A DNA stretch of 64,000 nt from assembly GCA_013265495.1 (NCBI GenBank), contig MU058836.1, positions 124,001 through 188,000 on the forward strand. The letters are read 5' to 3'. Positions within the stretch are counted from its first letter, which is position 1; every line of letters starts with the position of its first letter. The DNA is from Vicugna vicugna. Its lineage: Eukaryota. The translations under genes were made by a program, and so were the position numbers. The notes under the pieces were generated by a model that was given only the letters and a program-made list of their open reading frames with translations, searched no databases and was not told where the DNA came from. Below are positions 1 to 12,289 of this stretch, piece by piece.

Positions 1-245
1 TGTGAGGCCTTCCCAGCTCTCTCAGGCTGAGTTAATCACTCCTTTCCCAATGCTTCTGGAGTACCTGAACATCCTTCATTAAAACACTGGCTATTGGTGT
101 TATTAACCACCCTCCCCACAACTGTCAAGTCCCTTGAAGGTACAGATATCTCTTAGAGCTTTCTTTCTGTCTCCTACACACCAGTCACCTAGCAGCTACT
201 TGGTAACTGTTGAATGAACAGGCAAAAGATGATTGTTGAATGAAT
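1..245 (+). mobile_element. L2 LINE 3' end fragment (ancient)
   Basis: Degenerate L2 3' motifs (ccccacaactgtcaagtcccttgaagg...cctagcagctacttggtaactgttgaatgaa); boundaries approximate. Confidence 0.6.
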
Positions 246-2536
246 CACTGTACGATGAGAAAGATACCATCCTCTTTGTGTTTCTTACAGGAAGTCTCTA
301 CCATTCTACCTGCTTTGACTTCTGTTACTGGTATGCCATTCACAGGATCACAGATTAGTCATGGGAGACCAGAAAAAAGCTAACCAGCATGCAAAAATGT
401 AGGAAAACACAGTAATAGACGATCCGATCTGAGAATGCAGATCTCGCTGATGAGGATAAGATTAAATTGTTTCCACCAAATGAGTCAACGTCAATAAGAT
501 TATCAATTTGATGGAATAGTTGCAATGTTGCTCTTAAAACCCAACAAACTAGAATGCTATATTGGCTTAAAATATAACAATGAAAACAATGAGGGTATTT
601 TGAACCCATGTTCTAGATCAGAAGTGCATTCATTATGAGGAACAACCTAGCTGACTTAGGACATACGACCAAAGAAGTGTGTATCTTTACCAGGAAGTCA
701 TCCCTGGGCAGAAACAGGTAAGAAATAGTCAAATGAATGGAGAACATCAATCAGAAGAGAAACACAAAGACCTTATTTGCAGACATTTCTGCATCTCACC
801 TCCCACCACTTGGGGCAGTGTGTTTTCTTGACCCCTTTTAGAGACAGGCCATTGAAAATTCAGTTATGTCACACATTTAAGGTCACTAAACAGACAAATG
901 GCAAATCTGTGGTTACTGCCTTCCATTTTTCTATAGAAGAATCCTAAGTTTTAGGCAAAGTTTTGGCCTTATCACCAGTCTCCAAATCTGTCTTTCTTCC
1001 TCCTGCCCCTGTGCCTTTGCCCCAGGCCCTCTCTTCTACTAGGATTCCCTTCTTAATATAACTTAACGAGCACTTCGGCAAATATAAGCTAAATCCTCCC
1101 CCAAATCTGAGGTTGGTGTCACCATGCCCATTTTACAGATGAAGCTAACTGTTAAGACCTCACAGTCATACAGCCATTGAACCAAGGTCAAAAGCTTTGG
1201 AGCAACCCTCTTCCAAAGCTGTTTGCAACATATTTTTGTAAACCCATTCCCATGGCACACCTCAAGATTCTCCTGAAAGCATCTTGACACCCCCCGCCTG
1301 CCTCTGTGAGAAGGAGATCCCTGTCTCCTCAACATGTCCATGGCCTGTGGTTACAGCGCTTTAGTCACAAGCAGTAATAATTAGCTGATTGCTCCTTTTC
1401 CTACATGTCTAGAGATGGCAACTTCTTTGGGGGGGGGCTTATGTATATTTCTATCTTATCTACGAATTCAATGCTATTTCCCCTGAGAACCTTATTTCAA
1501 GTATTCAAGGAAGTCAGAGAAACCTAGGGTCATCTTCAGCATCCCTGGTCATAAGTTGATTACTTAAAACTACATAAAAACTGATGCAAACACTAATGTA
1601 ATGCATTAATTATTGCCCCCCCAATCTAGCTTTCATACACAGTTACAGTTGATATTAAATTCATGGAAGAAACTTAAAGACCCCCAACATGACTAAACTG
1701 AGTAAATCTGTGGTCCACATTAGGCTGGAGGCCCAAGTCAAAAAGTTTTCCTACTCTTAAAATGTAACTCAGCTCAATCCCAGACGCAGTCATGCTTAAT
1801 GAACATGTATTTGATTGGTGGATGGAATGACACATGGAGACATTAACACACGAAGAATAGATGAATGAATACATGAAGAAATACAGAAATAATGCTTCTT
1901 TTTAGCCATGACTTCTGAGGAATATTAATAATAAATATGTAAACCAAACAAAATAATCCAAACAATGTCATCCCGGGTAACCTGTCTACAAACAAAGCAT
2001 AACTCTCATGATCTTTATAATTCTGTTTTGACAGGATGGCTGCTGCGTCTGAAATATCTACAAGCCTTTTGTTTGTAATAGCACCTTAACTGGATGATTT
2101 AAATGAGAGGAGATTGCTTTTAAATTTTTCTACAATTATTTAAATGCACATTTCAGTTTTCCTGAATTGTGCAAAAGCGATTTGGAAGATGAATTTCTGA
2201 AAATACCTGGTGGAATTTGCATACAGCAAGCATAATTATTATTGATATTTGCATAGTTTTCCCTGCCCACGTGCATGCACTGTTACCAACTGCTTCACAA
2301 ACCATAAAATTGCTGAAGAAGTCATTGTCAGTACACTACGGACTCATCAATAAAGGTTCAACCTCACAGAAGAGAAGCAAACTTTGGTGTTCAGTTGTGG
2401 AAGTGTGGTGTCCATTGTATTTATTTATGTGGGGCAAAATCCGCCAAGATAAATCCATACCAAAAGAATGTGGCAGTCTTTTGCAATTAAGATCAATGTT
2501 TTTGCAAAGAATTCCTGAGATTCAAGAGAGACTGAA

Positions 2537-2646
2537 GAATCTGAAAACGAATATATGTCTGTATGTGCATGACTGGGACATTGTGCTGTACACCAGAAAT
2601 TGACACAGTGTAACTGACTGTACTTAAAAAAAAAAAAAAAAGAGAG
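2537..2646 (+). mobile_element. Severely 5'-truncated young L1 3' end with poly(A) and TSD
   Basis: Shares gactgggacattgtgctgtacaccagaaattgacac with the L1 ends near 9160 and 33890; poly(A) at 2626-2641; TSD AGAGAGACTGAA at 2525-2536 and 2647-2658. Confidence 0.9.
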
Positions 2647-3059
2647 AGAGAGACTGAAAGTACCATTGATAAGCTAGCAAAGTGAGAGGGCACCGAGAAT
2701 GCTGGCGGGGAAAACAGTTAATATGTCCATGCTACAGAGAGGTGGGGTATCAGAATGCACTCAGATGACTCCACCACATGAGGTCAGAAAAAAAAATCAG
2801 CAGAAATTTGGACTGTGGGGAGTGCAAATGCTTGATGAATGTGTGAATAAGTTGATTAAGTGCTTATGGTAGGTTTTATGAAGGAATGTGGAAGACAAGA
2901 AAGACGTGTGTTTCCTTTAATCTGCCTGGATGACAAAACCAACCGAAAGAAATTCTACAGGAGAAAAGTAAGAGCAAATACTTACACAACACCTATTATG
3001 GGTTGGGCACTCTTTAAATGTGTATCTATGTTAACTTCCATAATTCTTACAATAAGTAG

Positions 3060-3830
3060 TCATTCATTCATTTAGCTCACCAGCACCTGTTGAACCCTTT
3101 CTTGTTTTGGATATATTGTAACAGACTGAGAGACTAGGGGTTCTTTCCCTTAAGTTGCTCGCAGTCTATGGCATGAAACAGACACGTAATATGTATTTTT
3201 GTCACAATGTTAAACATTTATGTGTTTACTGTATTTAGTATAGACATGAAAAAAAAACAACACTCTGCCAGGGACTCGTGGGAAGTTCTTAGAGGAGACA
3301 AGAGCAAGGTTTGGAAGGATTAAACAGGTGGTTTTCAGATCCATAAAAAAGAAAAAGAATACTGGTATACTGAGCATGAAAAACATGGTACTAGGTAGTT
3401 AAAAGCCTTGTCTATATCTCTATGAATATCTCATTGTAGCTGACAATCAGAGAAAAGGAAAAGACATAGATGACCTAGACTTTGGGTGCCATACAGGCAA
3501 TATGAAGCCATTGAGATTTTAAACAATGAAATGACATGGATGGATTCCATTTTTTTTAAAGACCTCTCTAGAGATTCTATAGAGAACAGATTTACAGGGT
3601 TAATTCTAGAAGAAAGTAAGTTGTTGAAATTAGTAAAATGCAACCAGGGACTGAAATATCACATTGGGAGTGAGGACCAAGAGGATGGGACAGATTCACC
3701 AGTGATGAATATGTAACTAAGACATCTACTGACAAATAATGGAATACAGACTGTGTGTAAGGGGACCAAGACGTCAAGAAGACCGGACATCCCAAAATAT
3801 TGTCTGCATGTTTCAGGCAATGTTTTGTCA
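3060..3830 (-). mobile_element. L2 LINE fragment (ancient)
   Basis: Starts with cattcattcattt (reverse complement of the L2 tail) followed by degenerate purine-rich L2 antisense text. Confidence 0.6.
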
Positions 3831-4129
3831 TTAGCTACACTTTTAATTGTGATTTCTCTGAATCTATTATAAAACTAGTAGTTTCCAAACTTTTTTGATC
3901 ATTCACCTATATCAGTAAAAAAAAAAAATTGAATGCACCTCCAAAAACTGTATACTTACTAATTTATGTTTTACCTATGTGTGCAATTGTCACTGGCTGG
4001 CATCTCAAGGGAAGATTCATCAGTAATGATAATGGATGTAAATTCATATTCTGAGATTTCTTTGATCAATATTTGATTTCAACAGGCTTTACAACCTGTC
4101 CTGTACAGAGCCCACCATCCCTTCCCTCC

Positions 4130-5250
4130 ACCCTCGTAAGCATCTTCTCTCATGGCCAAACATACGGTCCTCCAAACTAGACACTGGGGAGACTTCACTG
4201 ACTCCTCATTCTTCCCTAAATCTATTCAATGTCTTTTTCAGTTATTTCCACCTTCTAAATACCTTGGCTGTCACTCAGCTTTTTATTCCTAAATGGCAGA
4301 ACTAATTCAGCAACGATTTCTTCCTTAGGCTGTGAACTAAGACAGCCCTGATTAATATGTTGGGGACACCCTTAGTGCAATGTAACCTTAAACAAGTTAT
4401 TTAAGCTCAGTTTCCCCAGCTGTAAAATGGGGTAACAGAACATTTTTCACAGAGTTGTTACAGAAATTGAATGAGTAACGCATGCAGTATTTTTGTACAG
4501 TGCAGCCACATGGTAAGTGATTCATTTCTGTCAGCTACTATTATACTTTAGTCTCCCTGCTGCTAGCCTCAGATCTCACCTTCCAGCTCACCTCAGTAGT
4601 AATCTACCCACCACAGGTTGTGTAAAAGTGATTTCCTGAAACAAATTTGACCAAGTCACCATCATGCTTAACAGATTTCCCATGCCTCTCCAACTACAAG
4701 ACCAACTGAAACATTTTGTGAGACAAGAAAGGCCTTTAACAAGATAGCCTGTGTTTATAGTTCCAATTATATGTCTGCCACTTAACATGCCCCTGATCCT
4801 ACAGAAGTACTGAAATATTTCCACCGCTTCACACAGACCACCTTCTCTCCTTCCTCCGAGCCTTCGCAGTTGCTGTTCCTATGCACAAAATACCTTTCCC
4901 TTTCTGCCGTCACCATTCCTCCAACTATCATATTGTAGCTCGGTCTTCAACATTCAACTCAAATGAGGATTCTGATGTGAATCCTTTCCTGGTCCTTGTG
5001 CTGAAGGATGAAGCTGATTATTCTCATCATCTGTGATCCTAAGGCCCTTTTTCCATTCCTCAGTCACAACACCCTGCACGCTGTACCACAGTTGCTTCCT
5101 CTGCCCCCGTCCACAGCACCCCGGACCATGACTACCCTGGAAGGTGTTTTCCCCAACTAGATGGTGTGCTCCCCGAAGGAAGGGCCTTAGGACCTAGAAC
5201 AGCAGCATCGCGCCTAGTAAGGGCTCAAGGCAGGCTTGGAAGGTTTCTGG
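4130..5250 (+). mobile_element. L2 LINE fragment interrupted by a MIR
   Basis: Degenerate L2 3' region ending cctagaacagcagcatcgcgcctagtaagggctcaa; MIR nested at ~4375-4545. Confidence 0.6.
4375..4545 (+). mobile_element. MIR SINE
   Basis: MIR core ctcagtttccccagctgtaaaatgggg and MIR 3' tail. Confidence 0.75.
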
Positions 5251-5449
5251 TTAACTGTATTTTCAGTGACTTAAATGGTTTTAGGGTATGTGGGGTTCCC
5301 CCCCAGAAACCTGCCAACACCCCAATGCCTCCACGATTACGTGAAGCCTTTGGCTTTACATTTTGAAGCCTTTCCTAATTAGCTGCCCATTGGCAGTGAG
5401 GGAAATTCCAAGTTTTCATCTAAGCACAACTATGTGGTTAGAAGACAAA

Positions 5450-5690
5450 CCGCATGGTGGGAAGAGCACAGACGTGGGACTCTGACCCCTGCACGGGACT
5501 CCCTGTTCTGCTCGTTTTCAGCTGTTTGATTTTGAGCAAGTTACGTAAGTGTTCTGAGTTTCAGTTTTCCCTTCTGTAAAATAGGAATAATAAACAAACC
5601 ACATAGGATTGTCTTGAAGATTCAATGAGATAATTTGTGCTAAATATTTAATACACAGTATAAATTTAATAAACGCTCAATCGTTCTCGT
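5450..5690 (+). mobile_element. MIR SINE, near full length
   Basis: tRNA-like head (gcatggtgggaagagcacagac), core ttcagttttcccttctgtaaaataggaataata, tail taaacgctcaat. Confidence 0.8.
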
Positions 5691-5718
5691 TTTTATCACC
5701 CTCAAAATTCAATTAACA

Positions 5719-6298
5719 TACAACACACCCATTAGGTTGGCTACTGTAAAAGACAACACAAGACAGAATGTGATGGTGCAGCTGCCGTAGAAAACCACAT
5801 GGAAGCTCCTCAAAAAATTAAACATAAAATTACCATATGATCCAGCAATTCCACTCCTAGGTATAAACCCAAAAGAACTGAAAGTAGTCGAACCAAACAG
5901 CTATTTGTACATAAATATTCTTAGCAACCTTATTCACAATAGCCAAAAGGTGGAAATGACCCCGATGTCCATCAGTGGGTGAACAGATATACAATATGTC
6001 GCATATCTATATACCAAGGAATATTGTTCAACAAATATGAAGTCCACGTATATGAGATACCTAGAATAGTCAAATGCGTAAGACAGAAAGTAGCATGGTG
6101 GCTTTCCAGCGCTGGGAGGAGGTGGAGAATGGAGAGTTAGCATATGTAATAGGTACAGCGTTTCAGTTTGGGAAGATGAAAAATTCTAAAGACAGCTGGC
6201 AGTGATGGTTGCACAACAGTTTGAAGGTACTTAGGGACACTAAACCGTCCACTTAAAAATGACTAAGATGGTATATTTTATGTGTATTTTACCATACA
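5719..6298 (+). mobile_element. Old L1 (L1MB-like) ORF2 end plus 3' UTR, internally deleted, TSD retained
   Basis: attaccatatgatccagcaattccactcctaggtata (L1 ORF2 3' hallmark); 3' UTR gtttcagtttgggaagatgaaaaa; TSD AAAATTCAAT(T/C)AACA at 5704-5718 and 6299-6313. Confidence 0.9.
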
Positions 6299-6467
6299 AA
6301 AATTCAATCAACAAGACTTAATCAGATGTGCAAGAATAATTAAATAGTTCTAGCAAAACTGTTAAAGTGAAGCCAAGAAGACTTCATGTTCCTTCAACTC
6401 TAATCTGATTCCTTTATCCCAGAACAATCCTGAGATCTGAAAGTCCTTATTTCCCATGGCCAAGTGA

Positions 6468-6512
6468 GTGCACATGCACATGTGTACACACACACACACA
6501 CATACATACGCA
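6468..6512. repeat. Imperfect (CA)n / alternating purine-pyrimidine microsatellite
   Basis: gtgcacatgcacatgtgtacacacacacacacacatacatacgca. Confidence 0.85.
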
Positions 6513-7529
6513 CTCTGGGGCCCATGGAGACACAACCTGGAAACAGGGCTTGCCAGGATTAGGGAGCCAGGGCCAGCCCATGGATCACTCACCCAGAAGA
6601 CAGCCCTCCATGGAGAGAAAGAACCTCAGAGTCTCCTCACAAAGAGGATAATAAATTCCGATTAGCCAAGGAAGCTCTGAGTCTAAATACCAGCAAAGCT
6701 CAGCCTCTGCAAGTGGGGACGAATTATCTGAAAGGTCATCCCGGAGACACTGAACAAAGGGCCTTGAGCAGCTGGGTCCCTTAATCTGAGGAAACACTGA
6801 AGCCTTTAAAGTAGCCAGAGGCAGAGCCGGAGAGATGGGAATGTGGAGAAGCCTTCTGAGCACAGGGAGGATTTAACAGGAAGGGAAACACAAACCCCAC
6901 AGGAGGCTCCGGGCCCCGCCGCCATCGCCTCCCTTGGCCGGGCTGAGGGCCTCTGGAAGGAGCCGCCGTCACCTGCGCTAGGCTGGGATGGACCTTTCTG
7001 GCCCTGTGTTCAAACAGAATGGCTCTGATCTCAGCGATTAAAAGCTTCAAAACCACAAGTCTCAGGGAGGGAACAGGCTCAAAGGAACAGCCTGCCAGAC
7101 ACCCCTGTTCACTCTGTTCCAGGCTGTGGGCTGCTGACAGAGCCCCGTCTGTCTCCAGAAAATTCCAGAGGCCTCTCAGGAATCTAAAGCCAGGCCTCTT
7201 GCCTGAGTCCTGTTGTCACAACCCCAGAGTTTGAAAGATGGAAAGCTCCGTGGGAGGGCCAGGTGGCGGCAGGAAGTGGCCCGCTGGCCTGCAGCCATTC
7301 CCAGCTTCCAATAACCCTCTGTCTGGAAAAAACTGAGGGAAAGAGAAGGAAAGGGGCATCAGAACGTGGGTGAAAAACCGAGCAGATGACCCCCTCCGGC
7401 ACAGAGGGCATGCAAAGGGTACAACGGAGTCAAATAACCAAGTCCCTCCAGGAGCCAGGGACCAGCACTGGCATGGACGGAGCCAAGGACTGTCCGACAA
7501 GAGAAAGAAACTTACATCATGGACCGACT

Positions 7530-7680
7530 GCTAAACAGAGGTTTTTCTCGTTGGCTTTAATCCTCACAACAACTTTGTGCAGGAGGTGGTGGTGTCCCCA
7601 TTTTACACAAAACAAAAAGGCAGAGCCAAAATTGGAACCTACATCTGGATGGCTCTGAAATCTTCTCCACTCTACCATGC
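7530..7680 (-). mobile_element. MIR SINE fragment
   Basis: tttaatcctcacaacaactttgtgcagg...gtccccattttacac (antisense MIR core). Confidence 0.65.
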
Positions 7681-8669
7681 TGCCCTTAAGTTAGGTCCTT
7701 CACAAATATTAGCTTCCTATGCCTTGCAAATTGATTCTAATTCATATATTTGAGGCTTAGTCGCTTGCCAAATAGCACGCCGTGAGTGAGTGAGTTACGG
7801 AACCGGGACTGGAATTCATTTCTGACTGATTCCAAAGTTGATGTTCCTTCCTCCATGCCTCATATATCTTTAGTTAAAATAAAATAATCCTGTGGCTTCC
7901 TGCCAATCAGCAAACATTTTGCTCCCTCACTCTTGAAGCCTAAGCCCTTTAGAGAGTAGCTCAGCAATTGTGCTGCCCCCGTGCCCCCAAAGTCACAATT
8001 TACTGCAGAATGAGGTGATATGAAACGAAACAGACACACCTCCCCGGCCAAAGAGAGGCTGTCTGGAAGGTACAGACCTGATGACTTTTATTGAGAAAAT
8101 CTGACGCTTATTTCAGTATAAAAAATGGTGGAGGCAGTGTGTATTTCAGTTGATACGTGTTTAGTTTCCACTCTGGCAGATTATTCTAGTGTTTTGGTTT
8201 TGGTGAGTTAAGAGCTAGTGAGCTTGAGTGATGGAGAGGACCAATATTAAAGAGAAATTAGCTATCAATACCTAAAGGAATAAAATTGGGTCTCCCGTCT
8301 GCAGTTTATGTGGCCCTGGTAATACAGATATCCTTCCTCTCTTTAGACTTCCATTCTGTCAATATTTCACAGGAAACACATGCATATACAATCAGATACT
8401 TCTCTCAGTCTCTTGGGGGAAATGTTGCCAAGAGCAGGAACATACAAATTGAGAGGAACGGAATCATCTAGGATATTGGCTTAACACCTTTCAGTTTCAG
8501 TCAAAGTGACAAAGACCACTTTACAGATTACTCAGACCTAATGGGCAGAAAATAGTTAAACCACAAAGGCTTTGAAGAGCCCCCTCGAGCTGCTGAAGAA
8601 CCACCCTAGGGCCAGTCAGCACCTGTGAGTACCAGCCTTGCAGTAGAGATGTCCATGGTAAAGAAAGCT

Positions 8670-9245
8670 TTCAGCACAGCAGCACTATACTCAGTAGCCA
8701 GGACATGGAAACAACCTAAATGCCTACTGACAGATGACTGGATGAAGAAGCTGTGGTATATCTATACAACGGAATACTACTTAGCCATAAAAAAGAATAA
8801 AATAATGCCATCTGCAGCAACATGGATGGACCTGGAGATTATCATTCTAAGTGAAATAAGCCAGAAAGAGAAAGAAAAATACCATATGATATCACTTATA
8901 TGTGGAATTAAAAAAGACAAATGAACTTATTTACAAAACAGAAACAGACTCTCAAAGAACAAATTTGTGGTTACTATAGGGGGAGAGGGGTAGGAGGGGA
9001 TAAGTTGGGAGTTACAGATTTGCAGACACTAACCGACATATATAGAATGGATAAATAACAACGTTCATGCTGTACAGCACAGGGAACTATATTCGGTATC
9101 TTGTAGTAACTTACAGGGAAAAAGAATATGAAAATGAATATATGCATGTTCATGTATGACTGAAGCATTCTGCTGTACACCAGAAATTGACACAACACTG
9201 TAAACTGATACTTCAATAAAGTATATATACACAACAGACACACAC
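8670..9245 (+). mobile_element. 5'-truncated lineage-specific L1 (ORF2 C-terminus plus 3' UTR) with TSD
   Basis: ORF 8625-8924 reads ...AALYSVARTWKQPKCLLTDDWMKKLWYIYTTEYYLAIKKNKIMPSAATWMDLEIIILSEISQKEKEKYHMISLICG, the L1 ORF2p C-terminus; AATAAA near 9215; TSD AAGAAAGCT at 8661-8669 and 9246-9254. Confidence 0.95.
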
Positions 9246-9269
9246 AAGAAAGCTGTAAGGATGGGAAGT

Positions 9270-10275
9270 CTTCCATTGCAAAACTAGCAGTTCCAACACT
9301 ATGAACAGTAGATATCCTGAAAAAGTTCCTTCCATAGATGTTTATAAATGTTAGATAAAATACAATATATGTTTATTTAGACGCATGGCACAAGATCATA
9401 AGAAAGAAATCCTTAGAGGTCAGAAGCGAAAAAGAAACTCAAAAGCAAGGTTGTAGGCATGCCTGCTGATGCTAGTAGCTGCCCTGAGGTGGCCAGGGGC
9501 CAGCACACACACTCTCAGTAATCCAGGGGCTTTAGTTTTAATGCACATGCTGTAGTAAGACAAGAGGTCTTGTGCTCACGCAAGGTGAGAAGAATCAGAA
9601 CTTAAGTCACTTGCAAAACAACAGGATCTATGAAGAGTAACACATACAATAAAAGGATAAATGAGAAATAATCTGCCTGTCCCTAAAGAGAGAGGACAAG
9701 AAACCCTATCTCCCTCAAAGAGCTTGCACTCAGGAAAAATAGCTCCCTGAAATATGTAACCACCACCTTGTACCACATGTATTATCTGGGGACTTTATTT
9801 TACTCATTATGATCCTGAAACCTCAAAGCTGGAATATTATATAAAATAGGTTCTAGACTTCCAATACCCCTGGAGCATATAAAAGAAGAAAATACCACCA
9901 CTCTTATGGGCAAATATCCTCAATCAAAAGTAAACATGATTTCCACAGATAAAGATCCTCTCAAGATGAACTCTCAATCCAAGACTAAAAACATACGCAA
10001 AACTTGATCTATGGTGTTAGCAAAAACAAAAATAGTAGAATTAAGCCCTAAAGAACTCAGATAGTCCATTTCATAGATACTATAAAACAAGTATACTAAA
10101 TAGTTGCAAGGTCTACAAAAGAGATCTCCCCAAAACGAGACACTCAGGAAAAAAAGAGCTAGTTTCAAAAGTACGAACTACAACTTTCAGAAATGAAAAA
10201 TACAGTCATTGAAATTTAAAAATCCAGTAGACAGTCTATAACTAAAGAGAGACCTTGTGAACCAGCTGATAGATT
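9270..10275 (+). mobile_element. Ancient L1M/HAL1-like 5' region (5' UTR to ORF1 remnant)
   Basis: A-rich degenerate ORF1-like text (cagaaatgaaaaatacagtcattgaaatttaaaaatccagtagacag); no intact ORF. Confidence 0.6.
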
Positions 10276-10394
10276 TCAGGTCATAAATTGAAGCCACTTG
10301 GCACAGTGGACAGAGCATGGACCTAGGGGTCAGATGGGCTCGGCTGAATTTTGCAGAAGGGGTGCCACATAAAATCAAAACACAGGAACTAGTT

Positions 10395-10600
10395 AGTATG
10401 AAGTGCCTATTATGCACAAGGCACTATAACAAACACATTATACATTATTTCATGGAACGCTTACAATAATCCTATGAGATAGGTAAGAAAATTGAGACTT
10501 ACGAAGAAAATACCTAGCCCCTACATTATGCCAACAATTTAAAGAGCTGGGGTTCAGACCCAGGTCTGCCTCATTCCAAAGTTCACTGTCCTAACCACTA
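10395..10600 (-). mobile_element. MIR SINE
   Basis: gtgcctattatgcacaaggcact...aatcctatgagatagg...gaaaattgagact...agctggggttcagacccaggtctg. Confidence 0.8.
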
Positions 10601-11510
10601 AGATTTATTGCCACCCCATTAGCTTCGAATCCAATTCAAATCGGCCATGTAGGTTTCTGCTGCCTGAGCATAGGGAAAAACAGTATTTTATTACAAACTT
10701 TTCTCAGATTGAAGACCTAGGAGAGCCTTTCCAGAATACAGTTCATATACTCTGGCAACAGCAGAGTTTGATCTATAGCTCAAAATGCAGGCCAGGGGAC
10801 TGTGGAAGACTTGAGGGCTAGGCGGGCATCTGATGTCAGCACAGGCGAAGGGTAAGACCAGAAGTCCTGTAAGTCCGGGAGGCTCAGGCGGATCTAAGAG
10901 TCTGAGAAGTCAGTAAAATGCTGGATGACTGGGATGACTCTGAAAGTCAAGGCTAGCAAAGATTCCAAAATGTGGTCATTCGGATGATTAGATCACCATT
11001 ACCAAGGTGCAATTCTGACCTGGATCAAGAATGAAAGTTATCTTTTTTCTGTTGTCTTATTTTGTTATATTTCCAACCGAAGGCTGACAGCTGAGCCCCC
11101 AGAGGAAGCCTGAAAAGGAAAGATGACCCTTGCCTCTGACTGCGCCAGAGACCAAGGCTGAAGAATCATCAGACTTTTTTCCTGACGTGCCCCAGCCCAG
11201 GTTACATCTCCAGAAGATAATCCCTATTAGCACTTTGTGCAAGCGACCGTATTACCGAAGTTTTGTACAAATACTAAAGCTGACTAGAAGCACTTCCAAG
11301 AATAGGTATTTCATATTCCACTCCTAGTTTCTCAGTAAACAATTACTAAACATTTCTAAGAAACAAAAGCAAATTGCTGGAGACCTTGCAGAAAATGCTT
11401 ACATCAGTAACGTAAATGTAATGCAAAAGTCAAAGCTAGAAGAATGCATGCTGTCATCATTTGTTTTCACGACTTTTAGATAGTCTTGCTCCTGAATGGT
11501 TAGCAAGACT

Positions 11511-11984
11511 TGAAATAAGATAGGCTGGGACCTGGGACCCTCTACCTGAGCGCCTGCACTTGCCCCTGAACAAGCGCCGCCCCCAGCAACTGAATACAAA
11601 GAAACCACCAGGGACTAAAAGTAACTAAACGCATGCACCTTGGGGCAATTAACAAGATAAAAAAAAAAAGGCCACAAACCAACCAGCGTTTCCAAAGTGC
11701 CGGGAACAAAAGCAGGGTACTGCGCATGATCCCTGCACGCAGCACCACCAAGGGGGTGGGCAGACCACTTAAGCCATCCCTCCAGCTGGACCCACTGATC
11801 AGCCCTTGCCCTCCCCCTATTTAAGGAACCAGCCCCACCCTCCTTGGAGAACAAGGGCACCTGTTTCTGGTTCTCGCTCCCTCCTGCTGCAGCACGAGTC
11901 CCAATAAAGCCTTGCCTGAATTTCTCAGCTGGCCGCTCATCGATTTCTGTTGATTAAAGGGTCCAAAGACTCGGGCCTATAACA
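11511..11984 (+). mobile_element. ERV1-class LTR, full length (~470 bp)
   Basis: Ends ...TAACA at 11984; starts at TG (11511) or a mutated TA (11516); TATA-like TATTTAA at ~11818 and AATAAA at 11903; 3' half homologous to 13525-13790; candidate 4-bp TSD GACT/TACT. Confidence 0.85.
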
Positions 11985-12289
11985 TACTTTGCCTATCTAA
12001 GAGGCGGGATAGCTGGTGTAGTTAGGGAGTAGGGGAAGGGAGCGCTTCTCATGACATGCAAAACAAGTGCCATTCGTGCAGTTTAATTGAGCGTACCCCA
12101 CGCCTCAGGTCCAGTTGCATGGGGAAGTCAGGTTCAAGCACTGGAAAAGCCCCCCTGCAAGTGTGACTACCAGGGTTTCAGGGGTGGCAAGCATCCCCCG
12201 ACTTACATTATTAATCAATGCTGGAATGATCCTAGGTGAGAAATTTCTCCTGAAATGCCCATCTGAAATTTGTTTGAGGGAGTGGCCTC

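Noticed and set aside
272..723. Plus-strand splice-like signals (acceptor ending 290, donors at 331 and 718)
   Set aside because: Isolated signals, unrecognised peptides and no coherent exon chain.
8625..8924. 99-aa ORF with protein-like composition
   Set aside because: It is the C-terminus of L1 ORF2p in a 5'-truncated insertion; the start codon comes from flanking DNA, so it is not a host gene.
11040..11310. Plus-strand pyrimidine tract and acceptor followed by exon-like text
   Set aside because: Stop codons shortly after the acceptor in the frame of the listed ORF, and only a weak donor.
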